Position numbers and translations under genes: made by a program. 64,000 nt of DNA from Sedimentisphaerales bacterium (GTDB taxonomy: Bacteria > Planctomycetota > Phycisphaerae > Sedimentisphaerales > Anaerobacaceae): the NCBI GenBank assembly GCA_963708075.1, contig OY970194.1, positions 1,248,001 to 1,312,000 on the forward strand. The letters run 5' to 3'. Positions 37,678 through 47,522 of the stretch are shown piece by piece. How positions within the stretch are numbered: position 1 is the first letter of the stretch; every line of letters begins with the position of its first letter. Under the pieces are notes generated by a model. It saw only the letters and a program-made list of their open reading frames with translations, made no database searches and was not told where the DNA came from.

Positions 37678-38301
37678 ATGGAAAACGGCCAAGTGATCGG
37701 TTCGAGGCGAAAGACCTGTCCAAACGGCTACAGGGAGCTCGCGGCGAAGGGATCGTACAGCGTCATCTTCATCGTGCTGGCCCTATTCATCCTTCGGCCG
37801 GTCATGGTCAACCACATGATCAGCCGAGCCGACGCTTACTCTGCGTACGGCATGCTTCAGGAATGCCGGCGGGAGTGCAACAAAGCCCTCTTGCTCGACA
37901 ACGACAACAGCGAGGCATGGTGCCGCATGGCTCGTCTTTATCGCACCGAGGGCGATCTGGATATGGCCTACGGAGCCTATCTCAATGCCGCGCAGGCCGA
38001 TGCCACAAACAAACCGGCCCATTTCGAACTGGGCATGCTGTATGTCCAGGACCATCTCTATAAAGAGGCGATTCCCTATTTCGATCAGGTGCGAAAGCTC
38101 GGGCCGGACAAGCCGCAGATCATCCAGCGGGGGGGCTTCCCGTACCACAAATCGTCGCTGGATATACTGGCTATGTGCTACGAGAAAGCCGGAGATATCG
38201 CCAAGGCGGAGTTCACCCTGGAGGAAATCAGGGTGTTCTACCCGGACTACGCGAAACCTGATACCCGGCTGGACGAGTTGAAACAACGCCAGCAGGAGTA
38301 A
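37678..38301 (+). CDS. Tetratricopeptide repeat protein with N-terminal TM anchor
   Basis: TPR patterns EAWCRMARLY, AHFELGMLY, LAMCYEKAG. Confidence 0.8.
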   Translation: MENGQVIGSRRKTCPNGYRELAAKGSYSVIFIVLALFILRPVMVNHMISRADAYSAYGMLQECRRECNKALLLDNDNSEAWCRMARLYRTEGDLDMAYGAYLNAAQADATNKPAHFELGMLYVQDHLYKEAIPYFDQVRKLGPDKPQIIQRGGFPYHKSSLDILAMCYEKAGDIAKAEFTLEEIRVFYPDYAKPDTRLDELKQRQQE

Positions 38302-38526
38302 CCCGCCCGGAGATCCGGCGGCATCCTGGGCAGCGTCCACCCCGCATATTGCGGGCCTCTCCCACCTTCGGCCCCTTCATCCCCCGGCGGCTTTTATCCC
38401 GGAAAGGCGTTGCGTCCACGTGACCAAGCGGTAAACTCTTTCGTAGTATAGAGTAGGGATCGGCCCGGTCCGCTTTCGATGATAGTGGGCGGTCGCAAGC
38501 GGCGATCTGAGAGAAGGCTTTTACTC

Positions 38527-39522
38527 ATGAAGGTGTTGACGGTACGAGCGGACTTTGCACAGGCCCGGAAGGGCTGCGTGCTGACGATAGGCAACTTCGA
38601 TGGCGTTCACGTGGGCCATCAGGAGATTCTTCAGACCGCCCGCCAACTGGCCAAGGACAGTGGCACGGAGATGGCGGTGATGACGTTCGAGCCGCACCCG
38701 GTGGCCATATTGCACCCGGAGAAGGCTCTTGGTGTGCTGACCCCTCTGTCGCTCAAGCTGCACCTGCTGAAAGACTACGCCGATCACTGCATCATCGTCC
38801 TGGAGGACAATCGCGAGTTGCTCAAGCTGTCGCCGCAGGACTTCGTCGATGAATTTCTCATGGCGACCCTCAAGCCTTCTGTCATCGTGGAAGGCGATGA
38901 TTTCAACTTCGGAGCGGGCAGAGCGGGCGATGTGAACACACTGATGCGGCTTGGAAATGAGAGAGGTTTCCGTGTGGTCGTGGTGCCGCCGAAGCAGATC
39001 GAGCTCGCCACGAATCAGAAGGTCCGGGTTTCGAGCACGATCATCCGCTACATGATCGAAGGCGGGCACGTCGCAGACGCGGCAGAGGCCCTGTCGCGGC
39101 CGTACAAACTCATCGGACCAGTCGAACGAGGATGGGGACGGGGACGTAAATTGGGCTTTCCCACGTTGAATATGCAGAAGCCCAGGCAGATCATCCCGGC
39201 TGAAGGCGTGTACGCGGGCTGCGTCGAACTCGCCGACGGGGAGGAACAGCTTTTGCAGGAGCAACAGCGTCGGCCGGCGGTGTTCAGCATCGGCCAGGCA
39301 AGGACGTTTGGGGATCAACACCCACTGTTGATCGAGGCCCATTTGTTGGCGGAGATCGTAGGAGATATGACGGGCAAGTGGATGGCAATGGACTTCCTGC
39401 AGCGGCTGCGCAGCCAGCACAAATTCAACACGCCGCAGGAGCTTGTTGCACAAATTGAAAAGGATTGCGAGGCTGCGAGGCAGATCCTCCAGGCCCACGG
39501 ATGCGTGTGTGAGAACAAATAG
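38527..39522 (+). CDS. ribF: Bifunctional riboflavin kinase / FAD synthetase
   Basis: IGNFDGVHVGH, TFEPHP, SSTIIR, GRGRKLGFPTLN, GVYA, IEAHL. Confidence 0.95.
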   Translation: MKVLTVRADFAQARKGCVLTIGNFDGVHVGHQEILQTARQLAKDSGTEMAVMTFEPHPVAILHPEKALGVLTPLSLKLHLLKDYADHCIIVLEDNRELLKLSPQDFVDEFLMATLKPSVIVEGDDFNFGAGRAGDVNTLMRLGNERGFRVVVVPPKQIELATNQKVRVSSTIIRYMIEGGHVADAAEALSRPYKLIGPVERGWGRGRKLGFPTLNMQKPRQIIPAEGVYAGCVELADGEEQLLQEQQRRPAVFSIGQARTFGDQHPLLIEAHLLAEIVGDMTGKWMAMDFLQRLRSQHKFNTPQELVAQIEKDCEAARQILQAHGCVCENK

Positions 39523-39585
39523 CCCGGTCCGGGTGCCTGGTTGGAAGGACTGCCCTGAGTTGCAGGTCTCTCGAGGTATAGGTTG

Positions 39586-40936
39586 ATGTTCACATATGGA
39601 CTGATCGTCATCATTGCCATGTTGGCGCTCAATGCCGTTTTTGCGGCATACGAGATGGGACTCGCGTCAATTTCCAGGGCGCGGCTGGCCATTCTGCTGA
39701 GTGAAAAGAAAAGAGGAGCGGCGGACGCAGCCTTCATGAAGGACCGCATGGAGGCGAGCCTGGCCGTCGTCCAGGTCGGCATTACGGTGGTCGGGTCCGT
39801 AGCGGCGGCGACCGGCGGGGCCGGTGTCACTCAAAGGCTCGCCCCTTACGTACAGCAGGAGTGGGGCCTGTCACGGATCTCCGCGGACGTGCTGGTGCTC
39901 GCGCTGCTGGTCATCCCGCTCACATACATCACGATCGTATTCGCCGAGCTTGTTCCCAAGATGGTGGCGTTGCATAACAACGAATGGATCGTGCTGCGAC
40001 TGTCGCCAGCCATGAGGATTCTCTCGCAGGTGGCGCACCCGGTCATCTTTGTGATCGAATGCACGGTCAAGGCCGTAGTGAACCTGTTGCCCCGGCAGAC
40101 TCGGGCGGACGCCGGGACCCGGGGCCAGTGGCTCCACGAGCTGCGGGCCGCGCTCTCGCTGGCCCGGACGTCAAAGCTGCTCGGCGAGCGGGAGGAGAAG
40201 ATCGTGCTCTCGGCGGCCCACCTGTCGACCCGGCCCGTCCGCGACATCGTCATCCCGGCCAAAGACGTATCGATGATTTACGTCGGAAGCCCCCTGATGG
40301 ACGCGCTCGTCCAGGCGCACATGGATATGCATACCCGCTTTCCCGTGTGCACGCGGCAGAACGATCCGCAGAGCGTCGAAGCCTATGTGAACTTCAAGGA
40401 TATCATCGCCGCCATGCGGGTGAATCCGAAGGACCCGAGCATCAAGGGGATATCGAGAACCGATCCTGAGAGTTCAGGAAGACATGGTGCTGTCGCAGCT
40501 CCTGGAGATGATGATCCAGCAGAAGACACACATCGTGCTCGTGGTCTCGAAGGAAGGCGCTGTTCTGGGAATGGTGACCCTGGAGGACGTGCTGGAGGAG
40601 TTGGTGGGTGAGATCGAGGATGAGTTCGATCGTCTGCCGGCGCACGTGCATCCGATTGGCGGGGCGTGGATCGTGGGCGGCGGGGTCTCCATGAACATCG
40701 TCGCCGCTACCGTGGGGATCGCCTGGCCGGCCAGGACCGACGGCGGCCGTGTGCCCAGCCTGGCTGAATGGTCCGTGCAGCATGCGCCCCCGGACTTCAA
40801 GGGCGGCGAAGCCTTCGAAAGTGACGGGCTGCGAGTCGTCGCACGCAAGTTCCGCAGGAAGAGACTGATGGAGGCGACGGTCAGTCCCGCCGGACGGAAC
40901 GCTCCGCCTCAGGGCGACCCGAATAGTGCTGCGTAA
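39586..40936 (+). pseudogene. Hemolysin/CNNM (DUF21-CBS-CorC) family protein, frameshifted near 40458 (possibly assembly error)
   Basis: DUF21 motifs NAVFAAYE, VQVGIT, ELVPK and HTRFPV. Removing one A gives IKGISRPILRVQEDMVL, continuing to GMVTLEDVLEELVGEIEDEFD. Confidence 0.88.
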
Positions 40937-40968
40937 CCGCTGTCCAAGGATAGGAAAAGGAGAAGAAG

Positions 40969-41244
40969 ATGCAGGAAGCAAAGAGAGCTGCGCACGTCAT
41001 CCTCGGCGTTCACATCACGGATCGGGTGTTGCACGTCCCCGCAATTCAAGATTTGTTCACGGAGTACGGCTGCAGCATCAAGACCCGACTGGGCCTGCAC
41101 GAGGCATCGAACGAGTTCTGCTCGCCGAACGGGCTGATCCTGCTCGAAATGACCGGTCCCGAAGGGCCCATCGAGGAGTTGGCCGGGAAACTCGCAGCCG
41201 TTCACGGTGTGGAAGTCCAAAAGATGATCTTCGAGCATCCGTAA
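40969..41244 (+). CDS. Small ACT/NikR-C-like protein (TM1266-like family)
   Basis: DR......Q..FTEYGCSIKTRLGLHE.....CS..GLILLE; AAAGGAG RBS. Confidence 0.7.
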   Translation: MQEAKRAAHVILGVHITDRVLHVPAIQDLFTEYGCSIKTRLGLHEASNEFCSPNGLILLEMTGPEGPIEELAGKLAAVHGVEVQKMIFEHP

Positions 41245-41262
41245 CAGGGTGGAAAGGTTTGC

Positions 41263-42267
41263 ATGACAAGAGAGGCTGTATATCAGCAGGCCGTTGCGCT
41301 GATAGAGAGATCGAACACTATCCTGGTGACGACGCACACGAGGCCGGATGGCGACGCGTGTGGGTGCGTCGCCGCAATCTCCGAGGTGCTGAGGAACACC
41401 GGCAAGAAGGTCCTGCCGTTGCTGCTTTCACCCCTGCCGCAGTGGTATGCGTTCGTATTCACCGAGAAGGTCCCGGTCCTCGGCAAAGACGTTCAGCCTG
41501 ATGATTTGACTCGGGGAGCGTTCGCCGATGTTGATCTCGTGATCATCGCCGACACCGGCAGCTACAGTCAACTGACGGGGCTTGAAAACTACCTCAGGCA
41601 ATCGGGCAAGCCGGTGCTGGTGATCGACCATCATGTCACCTCGGACAAGCTGGGACAGGTCGAGATTGCCGACCAGACGGCCGGGGCGGCGGGGCTCGTG
41701 CTATACGATTTTCTCACGTACGCCCGCTGGCCGATCACGCCCACGGCGGCTCAGGCTCTCTTTGTCGCCATCGCCACAGACACGGGCTGGTTTCAGCTCA
41801 GTAATACCGACAGTCGAGTGTACTGCAGTTGCGCAGAGCTTGTCGATCTCGGTGTCAAGCCGACGGAGCTTTATAAGAAGTTGTACCAGGATTTCTCCCA
41901 CGAGCGTTTCCACCTGATGGTCCGGATGCTGAACACACTCGAGTTGCACCTGGACGGCCGCTATGCCTCGCAGCAGATTCTCCTGGAGGACTTCGCGAAG
42001 ACCGGGGCGGCGCACCAGGACACGGAGAACCTGATCAATGAGTGTCAGCGCATCGGGTCCGTGAGGGTCGCCGCGCTGTTCGTTGAGCACAAAGACGGAC
42101 GAGTGCGATGCTCGTTGCGCAGCCGCGGCGAAGTGGACGTAAGTGACCTCGCCGTCAAGTTCGGCGGCGGCGGCCACAAAATGGCCGCGGGGACCTTTCT
42201 GCCCGGCCCGATGGAAAACGCCAAGCGACTGATCCTCGATGAGGTCGCTCGCAGACTGGGCCCATGA
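41263..42267 (+). CDS. nrnA: DHH family phosphoesterase (oligoribonuclease/PAP phosphatase NrnA)
   Basis: HTRPDGDA, IDHH, TDTG.F, SLRS, GGGGHKMAAG. Confidence 0.92.
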   Translation: MTREAVYQQAVALIERSNTILVTTHTRPDGDACGCVAAISEVLRNTGKKVLPLLLSPLPQWYAFVFTEKVPVLGKDVQPDDLTRGAFADVDLVIIADTGSYSQLTGLENYLRQSGKPVLVIDHHVTSDKLGQVEIADQTAGAAGLVLYDFLTYARWPITPTAAQALFVAIATDTGWFQLSNTDSRVYCSCAELVDLGVKPTELYKKLYQDFSHERFHLMVRMLNTLELHLDGRYASQQILLEDFAKTGAAHQDTENLINECQRIGSVRVAALFVEHKDGRVRCSLRSRGEVDVSDLAVKFGGGGHKMAAGTFLPGPMENAKRLILDEVARRLGP

Positions 42268-43299
42268 ATGGAGTCTTGTGAAATGGAGATCGGGAGAAGA
42301 GCAACTCTTTGGCTGCTGTCGAGTGTCCTGTTGTTGTTCGTCGGCTGCAAAGAGAAGGACCCGGGCACTGCCGGCGCGGACAGGCAGTACATGATTGCGA
42401 CGGTCGTCAAGCTCGATGGAATCGCCTGGTTCGACCGGATGAAGGAAGGGGTCAAGAGGTTCGCCCAGGATACCGGGCACCGCTGCCTGCAACTCGGGCC
42501 CTCGCAGGCCGACGCCGCACTGCAGGTGCAGATCATCGAGGACTTGATCGCCCAGGGTGTCAACGCGATTTGCGTCGTGCCGTTTTCCGTGGAGGCCGTG
42601 GAGCCGGTGCTGAAGAAGGCCAGAGACCACGGGATTGTCGTGGTCTGTCACGAGGCGTCCAACCAGGTCAACGCGGACGCGATCATCGAGGCCTTCGATA
42701 ACGCGGCGTATGGCGCGCACCTCATGGACCACCTGGCCCGCTCTATGAGCGGACAGGGCGAGTATGCGGTCTTCGTCGGCAGTCTCACGTCCAAGTCGCA
42801 CAACGAGTGGATCGACGCCGCAATCGCCAGGCAGAGACAGGACTATCCGAAGATGGTCCTCGTTACAGAGCGAATTGAAGAATACGACAATCAGAATATC
42901 GCCTACGAGAAGACCAAGGAGCTGATCAGAGCATACCCGAATCTGCGGGGCATCCAGGGCAGCGCCTCGACCACGGCGGCGGGCGCGGGGCTGGCCGTCG
43001 AGGAGAAAGGCCTGCAGGACAAGATCGCCGTGATCGGCACCGGCCTGGTTTCGCAGTGCGGCCCGTATCTCAAAGGCGGCGGCGCCAAGCTCATCAGCTT
43101 CTGGGACCCGGCGGACGCCGGCTACGTAATGAACAAGCTGGCCGTGATGCTCCTGGAGCACAAGGAGCTCGCCGACGGGATGGACCTCGGGGCTGAGGGC
43201 TACCACGCGGTGCGCAGGGACCCGGAAAAGTCCAATCTCTTCTACGGCTCCGCCTGGGTCGATGTCACGAAGCAGAACATGGACGCCTACAACTTCTGA
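42268..43299 (+). CDS. Sugar ABC transporter substrate-binding lipoprotein (LsrB/RhaS-like)
   Basis: Lipobox FVGC; VVKLDGIAWFDRM..G, Q...IEDLIAQGV.AI, WDPADAG. Start may be 42283. Confidence 0.9.
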   Translation: MESCEMEIGRRATLWLLSSVLLLFVGCKEKDPGTAGADRQYMIATVVKLDGIAWFDRMKEGVKRFAQDTGHRCLQLGPSQADAALQVQIIEDLIAQGVNAICVVPFSVEAVEPVLKKARDHGIVVVCHEASNQVNADAIIEAFDNAAYGAHLMDHLARSMSGQGEYAVFVGSLTSKSHNEWIDAAIARQRQDYPKMVLVTERIEEYDNQNIAYEKTKELIRAYPNLRGIQGSASTTAAGAGLAVEEKGLQDKIAVIGTGLVSQCGPYLKGGGAKLISFWDPADAGYVMNKLAVMLLEHKELADGMDLGAEGYHAVRRDPEKSNLFYGSAWVDVTKQNMDAYNF

Positions 43300-43310
43300 G
43301 TGAGCGGCGA

Positions 43311-44810
43311 ATGAAGGATGCCTTCCTCGATGCCCGGCATATCAGCAAACGGTTCGGCGGCGTGCACGCGCTGCGGGACGTCTCGCTGACAATCGGGCGA
43401 GGCGAGGTTCACTGCCTCGCCGGGGAGAACGGCAGCGGCAAATCGACGCTCATCAAAATCATCGCGGGCGCCTGCCGGCCGGATGAGGGCGAGATCGTTA
43501 TCAACAGGCGGAGTGTGGGACACCTTCGTCCCATCGACGCGGTCCGCGAGGGAATCCAGGTGATTTATCAGGACTTGTCCCTGTTCCCGAATTTGACGGT
43601 GGCCGAGAACCTGGCAATCAACTCGCTGATGGAATGCAGATGCCGCTGGGCAACACCACGACGCATTCACCGTGTTGCTTCGGAGGCTATCGCACGATTG
43701 GGTGTTGCGATCGACCTGCGGAAAGAGGTGGCCGGGATTTCCGTCGCCGAGCGACAGCTCGTGGCCATTGCCAAAGCCTTGCTCCAGGACGCGCGGCTCA
43801 TCATTATGGACGAGCCTACGACCGCCCTGACGCACCGGGAGATCGAATCGCTGTTTCGTATCATAAGGAATCTCCAGGCTCGCGGCGTCTCGACCCTCTT
43901 CGTCAGCCACAAGCTCACGGAGGTCCTGGAGATCAGCGAGAAAATCACCGTCCTGCGCAACGGAGGCAAAGCAGCGGAGGGCGACACTTCGAGCTTTGAC
44001 TATGGCACGCTCGTACACTACATGACGGGCCGGGAGATACGCAGACCCGAGCCTGTGCCTCTGTGCCAGGGCACGCGTGGTTTGCCTCTGTTGCGCGTGC
44101 AAGGCCTCTGTCTCCGCGATGCCTTCAATGACGTGAGCTTCGATTTGCGGCCTGGTGAGGTCTTGGGAATCGCCGGCCTGCTCGGATCGGGCAGAACTGA
44201 ACTGGCAACGTCCCTGTTCGGTCTAATGACAGCAGATACCGGCACAATCGAAATCAACGGTGAGACGGTGCAGTCCGGCAGTGTGCAGGATGCCATGGCG
44301 AGAGGGATCGCCTATATCCCCGAAGATCGATTGACAGAGGGATTGTTCCTGGAGCAATCAATCGAGCGGAACATATCCGCGGCCAACCTGGAATCCTTTG
44401 CTCGCTGGGGCGGCCGGCTGGACTTCGGTCGCATGCGGGAGATTGTCCGCAAGTGGATGTCGGCTTTGAGCATCGCCGCACCCTCGGTAGCCCTGCCCGT
44501 GCAGAGCCTCTCCGGCGGCAATCAGCAGAAAGTCGTCCTCGCCAAATGGCTGGCGGGCAAGGCCGGAATCCTGATTCTGAACGGTCCGACGGTCGGTGTG
44601 GACGTCGGCGCCAAGGTCGAGATTCACAGCAAGCTCATGGAACTCGCCCGCAAGGGGATGGGGATCATCATTATTTCCGACGATCTGCCCGAGCTGGCGA
44701 GCCTGTGCGGGCGCGTCCTCGTCATGCACCGGGGCCGAATTGTCGATGAGCTTGCAATGGCCCAAGAGAACGAGAGCACATTGGCCGCCCGGCTGAGCGA
44801 ATTGGAGTAG
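43311..44810 (+). CDS. Sugar ABC transporter ATP-binding protein (tandem NBD)
   Basis: GENGSGKST, IIMDEPT, LSGGNQQKV, GVDVGAK. Confidence 0.95.
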   Translation: MKDAFLDARHISKRFGGVHALRDVSLTIGRGEVHCLAGENGSGKSTLIKIIAGACRPDEGEIVINRRSVGHLRPIDAVREGIQVIYQDLSLFPNLTVAENLAINSLMECRCRWATPRRIHRVASEAIARLGVAIDLRKEVAGISVAERQLVAIAKALLQDARLIIMDEPTTALTHREIESLFRIIRNLQARGVSTLFVSHKLTEVLEISEKITVLRNGGKAAEGDTSSFDYGTLVHYMTGREIRRPEPVPLCQGTRGLPLLRVQGLCLRDAFNDVSFDLRPGEVLGIAGLLGSGRTELATSLFGLMTADTGTIEINGETVQSGSVQDAMARGIAYIPEDRLTEGLFLEQSIERNISAANLESFARWGGRLDFGRMREIVRKWMSALSIAAPSVALPVQSLSGGNQQKVVLAKWLAGKAGILILNGPTVGVDVGAKVEIHSKLMELARKGMGIIIISDDLPELASLCGRVLVMHRGRIVDELAMAQENESTLAARLSELE

Positions 44811-44815
44811 GCCTC

Positions 44816-45817
44816 GTGGAACGCCTGTCGAGAATCCTGCATAGACACGAGCTTTACCTCGCCGCCGTGCTTGTGCTGCTGGCCTCGATCATCGCTCTCA
44901 TCAACCCGGCGTTCCTCTCGCTGTCGAATCTCTTCGACCTGTGCAAGAGCAGCACGGTGCTGGGGATCTTCGCGCTGGGCGTGCTCATCGTCCTGCTTTC
45001 CGGCGGGATCGACATCTCGTTCACGGCCATCGCGGCATTGAGCATGTATGTCACGAGCAAGGTCCTCCCGGCGGCAGATTCCTCGGGCTCGGTCGTCGTG
45101 GCATTTATGATCGCGGGATGTCTCGGCCTTCTATTGGGCCTGTTCAACGCTTTCTTCATCTCCTGCTATCACCTGCCGACCTTGATCGTCACGCTGGGTT
45201 CCGCGAGCGTGTTTCGCGGCTTTCTGCTGGCCTTCATCGGCACAAAGATCGTGACGAGCCTGCCGGCGGGCATGGTGGATTTCTCCAGGCTGTCCCTATT
45301 CACGAGCACGCTGCCCGGCGGCGAGACGATTGGACTATCCGCATCGTTTCTCCTGTTTATCGGCGCGGCCGTAGTGGTCTGGACGCTGCTGCAGTACACG
45401 GTGCTTGGTAAAGGCATTTACGCCCTCGGAGGCAATCCCGAAGCAGCCGAGCGGGCGGGGTTCAATATCGCGCGCCTGCAATTCTTCATTTACGGGCTCG
45501 TCGGTTTTCTCTCCGGCATGGCGGGCCTGACTCACGCTTGCATGATGCGAAACGCCAATCCATTCGACCTCGTGGGCACGGAACTGGTCGTCATTGCAGC
45601 GGTCGTCCTCGGCGGCGCTTCCATCACGGGCGGGCGCGGGACCGTCATCGGCACGGTGCTCGGCGTCTTCCTGCTCGTCACTATCAACAACAGCCTCATT
45701 CTGCTGGGTATCCCTTCGTACTGGCAGAAAGTGCTGGTCGGTCTTGTGATCGTCGTCAGCACCGGCATCACCGCCCGCCGAAACCCGCGGGCTTTGCAGG
45801 GAGTTGTGGCAAGTTGA
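44816..45817 (+). CDS. Sugar ABC transporter permease
   Basis: GGIDIS, YALGGNPEAAERAG, IAAVVLGG.SITGGRG. Confidence 0.92.
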   Translation: MERLSRILHRHELYLAAVLVLLASIIALINPAFLSLSNLFDLCKSSTVLGIFALGVLIVLLSGGIDISFTAIAALSMYVTSKVLPAADSSGSVVVAFMIAGCLGLLLGLFNAFFISCYHLPTLIVTLGSASVFRGFLLAFIGTKIVTSLPAGMVDFSRLSLFTSTLPGGETIGLSASFLLFIGAAVVVWTLLQYTVLGKGIYALGGNPEAAERAGFNIARLQFFIYGLVGFLSGMAGLTHACMMRNANPFDLVGTELVVIAAVVLGGASITGGRGTVIGTVLGVFLLVTINNSLILLGIPSYWQKVLVGLVIVVSTGITARRNPRALQGVVAS

Positions 45818-46893
45818 GCGATGCACGTGACAACGTGAGCCTGCGAAACGGTTCGGCTTCTCTCCTGGGTCGGCTCCAGCAGTGGCTGCCCACGGAAGGG
45901 GCGACCCTGCGTCTGCTCATCATTACAATCGCCGTGCTTACCATCATGAGCCTGCTCAATCCCGGCAGGTTCCTGACCTATCGCAACTTTTCCTCCATGT
46001 GCTTTCAGTTCCCGGAGCTGGGGATCTTCGCGCTGGCCGTCATGCTTTCGCTGGTCACCGGCGGCATCGACCTGTCCGTGATCAGCATCGGCAATCTCAC
46101 TGGGCTCTTGGCCGCCTTGATCCTGGCGCGCACCACGGCCTCCGATCTGTCCGCCCCCATGCTTGCCATGTACATGGTCGTGGCAATCGTCGCCGCGCTG
46201 GCCGCAGGCGCCCTCTGCGGATGGATCAACGGCGTCCTGATCTCCCGTTTCGCCATCACGCCCATCCTCGCGACCCTGGGAACGATGCAGTTGTTCATGG
46301 GCGTTGCCCTTGTGCTCACGAAGGGGCACGCGATTGCCGGTTACCCCAAAGCAGTTCAGTTCATCGGCAACGGCACGCTCGCAGGTGTCCCCGTGCCGCT
46401 GCTCATCTTCCTGCTCCTGGTGTGCCTCGTGCACGTGATGCTGAGTCGGACCCGGCTCGGCCTGCACCTGTACCTTGTGGGCACGAACCCCGTGGCCGCC
46501 CGCTTCTCCGGCCTCGACGTCCGCCGGCTGCTGAGCAGGACGTATCTCCTGACCGCGCTGCTGTCCACGGTCGCCGGCCTCGTGATCATCTCGCGCACGA
46601 ACTCCGCCAAGGCGGACTACGGCAGCTCCTACCTGCTTCAGGCCGTCCTCGTAGCCATCCTCGGCGGCGTGAACCCTCGCGGCGGCTTCGGCTCCGCCTG
46701 GGGCATCCTGCTGGCTGTCCTCTCGCTGCAGTTCCTCTCCAGCGGGCTGAACATGCTGCAACTGAACGAGACCGTCGGCCCGTACATCAACAATTTCACC
46801 AAGGAGTTCACCTGGGGCGCACTGCTGCTCGCCGTGATGGTCCTCGGTCACTACAGCAACCGCCCCCGAGCAGGCTACTCCGGCCGGCAGTAA
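45814..46893 (+). CDS. Sugar ABC transporter permease
   Basis: TGGIDLS, GTNPVAARFSG, AILGGVNPRGGFG; TTG start overlaps the upstream stop (start uncertain). Confidence 0.9.
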   Translation: MSDARDNVSLRNGSASLLGRLQQWLPTEGATLRLLIITIAVLTIMSLLNPGRFLTYRNFSSMCFQFPELGIFALAVMLSLVTGGIDLSVISIGNLTGLLAALILARTTASDLSAPMLAMYMVVAIVAALAAGALCGWINGVLISRFAITPILATLGTMQLFMGVALVLTKGHAIAGYPKAVQFIGNGTLAGVPVPLLIFLLLVCLVHVMLSRTRLGLHLYLVGTNPVAARFSGLDVRRLLSRTYLLTALLSTVAGLVIISRTNSAKADYGSSYLLQAVLVAILGGVNPRGGFGSAWGILLAVLSLQFLSSGLNMLQLNETVGPYINNFTKEFTWGALLLAVMVLGHYSNRPRAGYSGRQ

Positions 46894-47468
46894 GTGGGCC
46901 GCTCACCATTCTTGTTGGGGGCGAAGGCCTCCTGAAGAAGCTGCTGTCCGAGCCTGCTGTCGGCGGGGATCCAGAGCTTGTCATCGACTTTCCGGATCAT
47001 TCTGCCCTTACCCCATTTCCTGGCGGCACTGGCACTGTCCCGCCGCTTCGGCAATTTGGCCAGGATCTCCGGGGAAGTCGTCGTTTCGAGGAAGCCGATG
47101 AATCGCTCCGATTCGTTCGGTTCGTAAACGTAGGTCAGGACATACGCCCGGACACCGGCGGGCGTGCCGTCGGGCAAGGGCCCGGAAGGCGTGTCGATGG
47201 GCGGAGCGAGGCCTTTCTCGGCCGTGAACAGCTTGCCCGTATTGAGGTCGTAGTACCACTCCTTCTCGATGGTTACTATGGGGAGCGGCTTGTCGGGGAT
47301 CAGCAGCCAGATGACGATCGCCAGGAGCAGCATGACCGAGGCCGCCGCAACGGAGAATACGACGGTCGGATACTCATTGATCCATCCTCGCAGCGTCGGC
47401 AGCCCGAGCCGTTCGCTCAGCCGTTCCCATCTCCACCGAAGCTCGATCTTCACCCAGTCAGGCAGCAT
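46875..47468 (-). CDS. Hypothetical single-TM protein
   Basis: 197-aa ORF with one TM helix and a globular C-terminus (WYYDLNTGKLF); co-oriented downstream of a pseudopilin. Confidence 0.7.
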   Translation of the reverse strand: MLPDWVKIELRWRWERLSERLGLPTLRGWINEYPTVVFSVAAASVMLLLAIVIWLLIPDKPLPIVTIEKEWYYDLNTGKLFTAEKGLAPPIDTPSGPLPDGTPAGVRAYVLTYVYEPNESERFIGFLETTTSPEILAKLPKRRDSASAARKWGKGRMIRKVDDKLWIPADSRLGQQLLQEAFAPNKNGERPTYCRPE

Positions 47469-47522
47469 ATGAAGTCACTCTTATCGCTGTATAAACGCGC
47501 CATGGGTCGCCAAAAGCATCTG

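Noticed and set aside
42268..46893. Complete AI-2 (lsr) quorum-sensing locus
   Set aside because: No lsrK, lsrR, lsrF or lsrG is adjacent; the binding-protein family also covers ordinary sugars.
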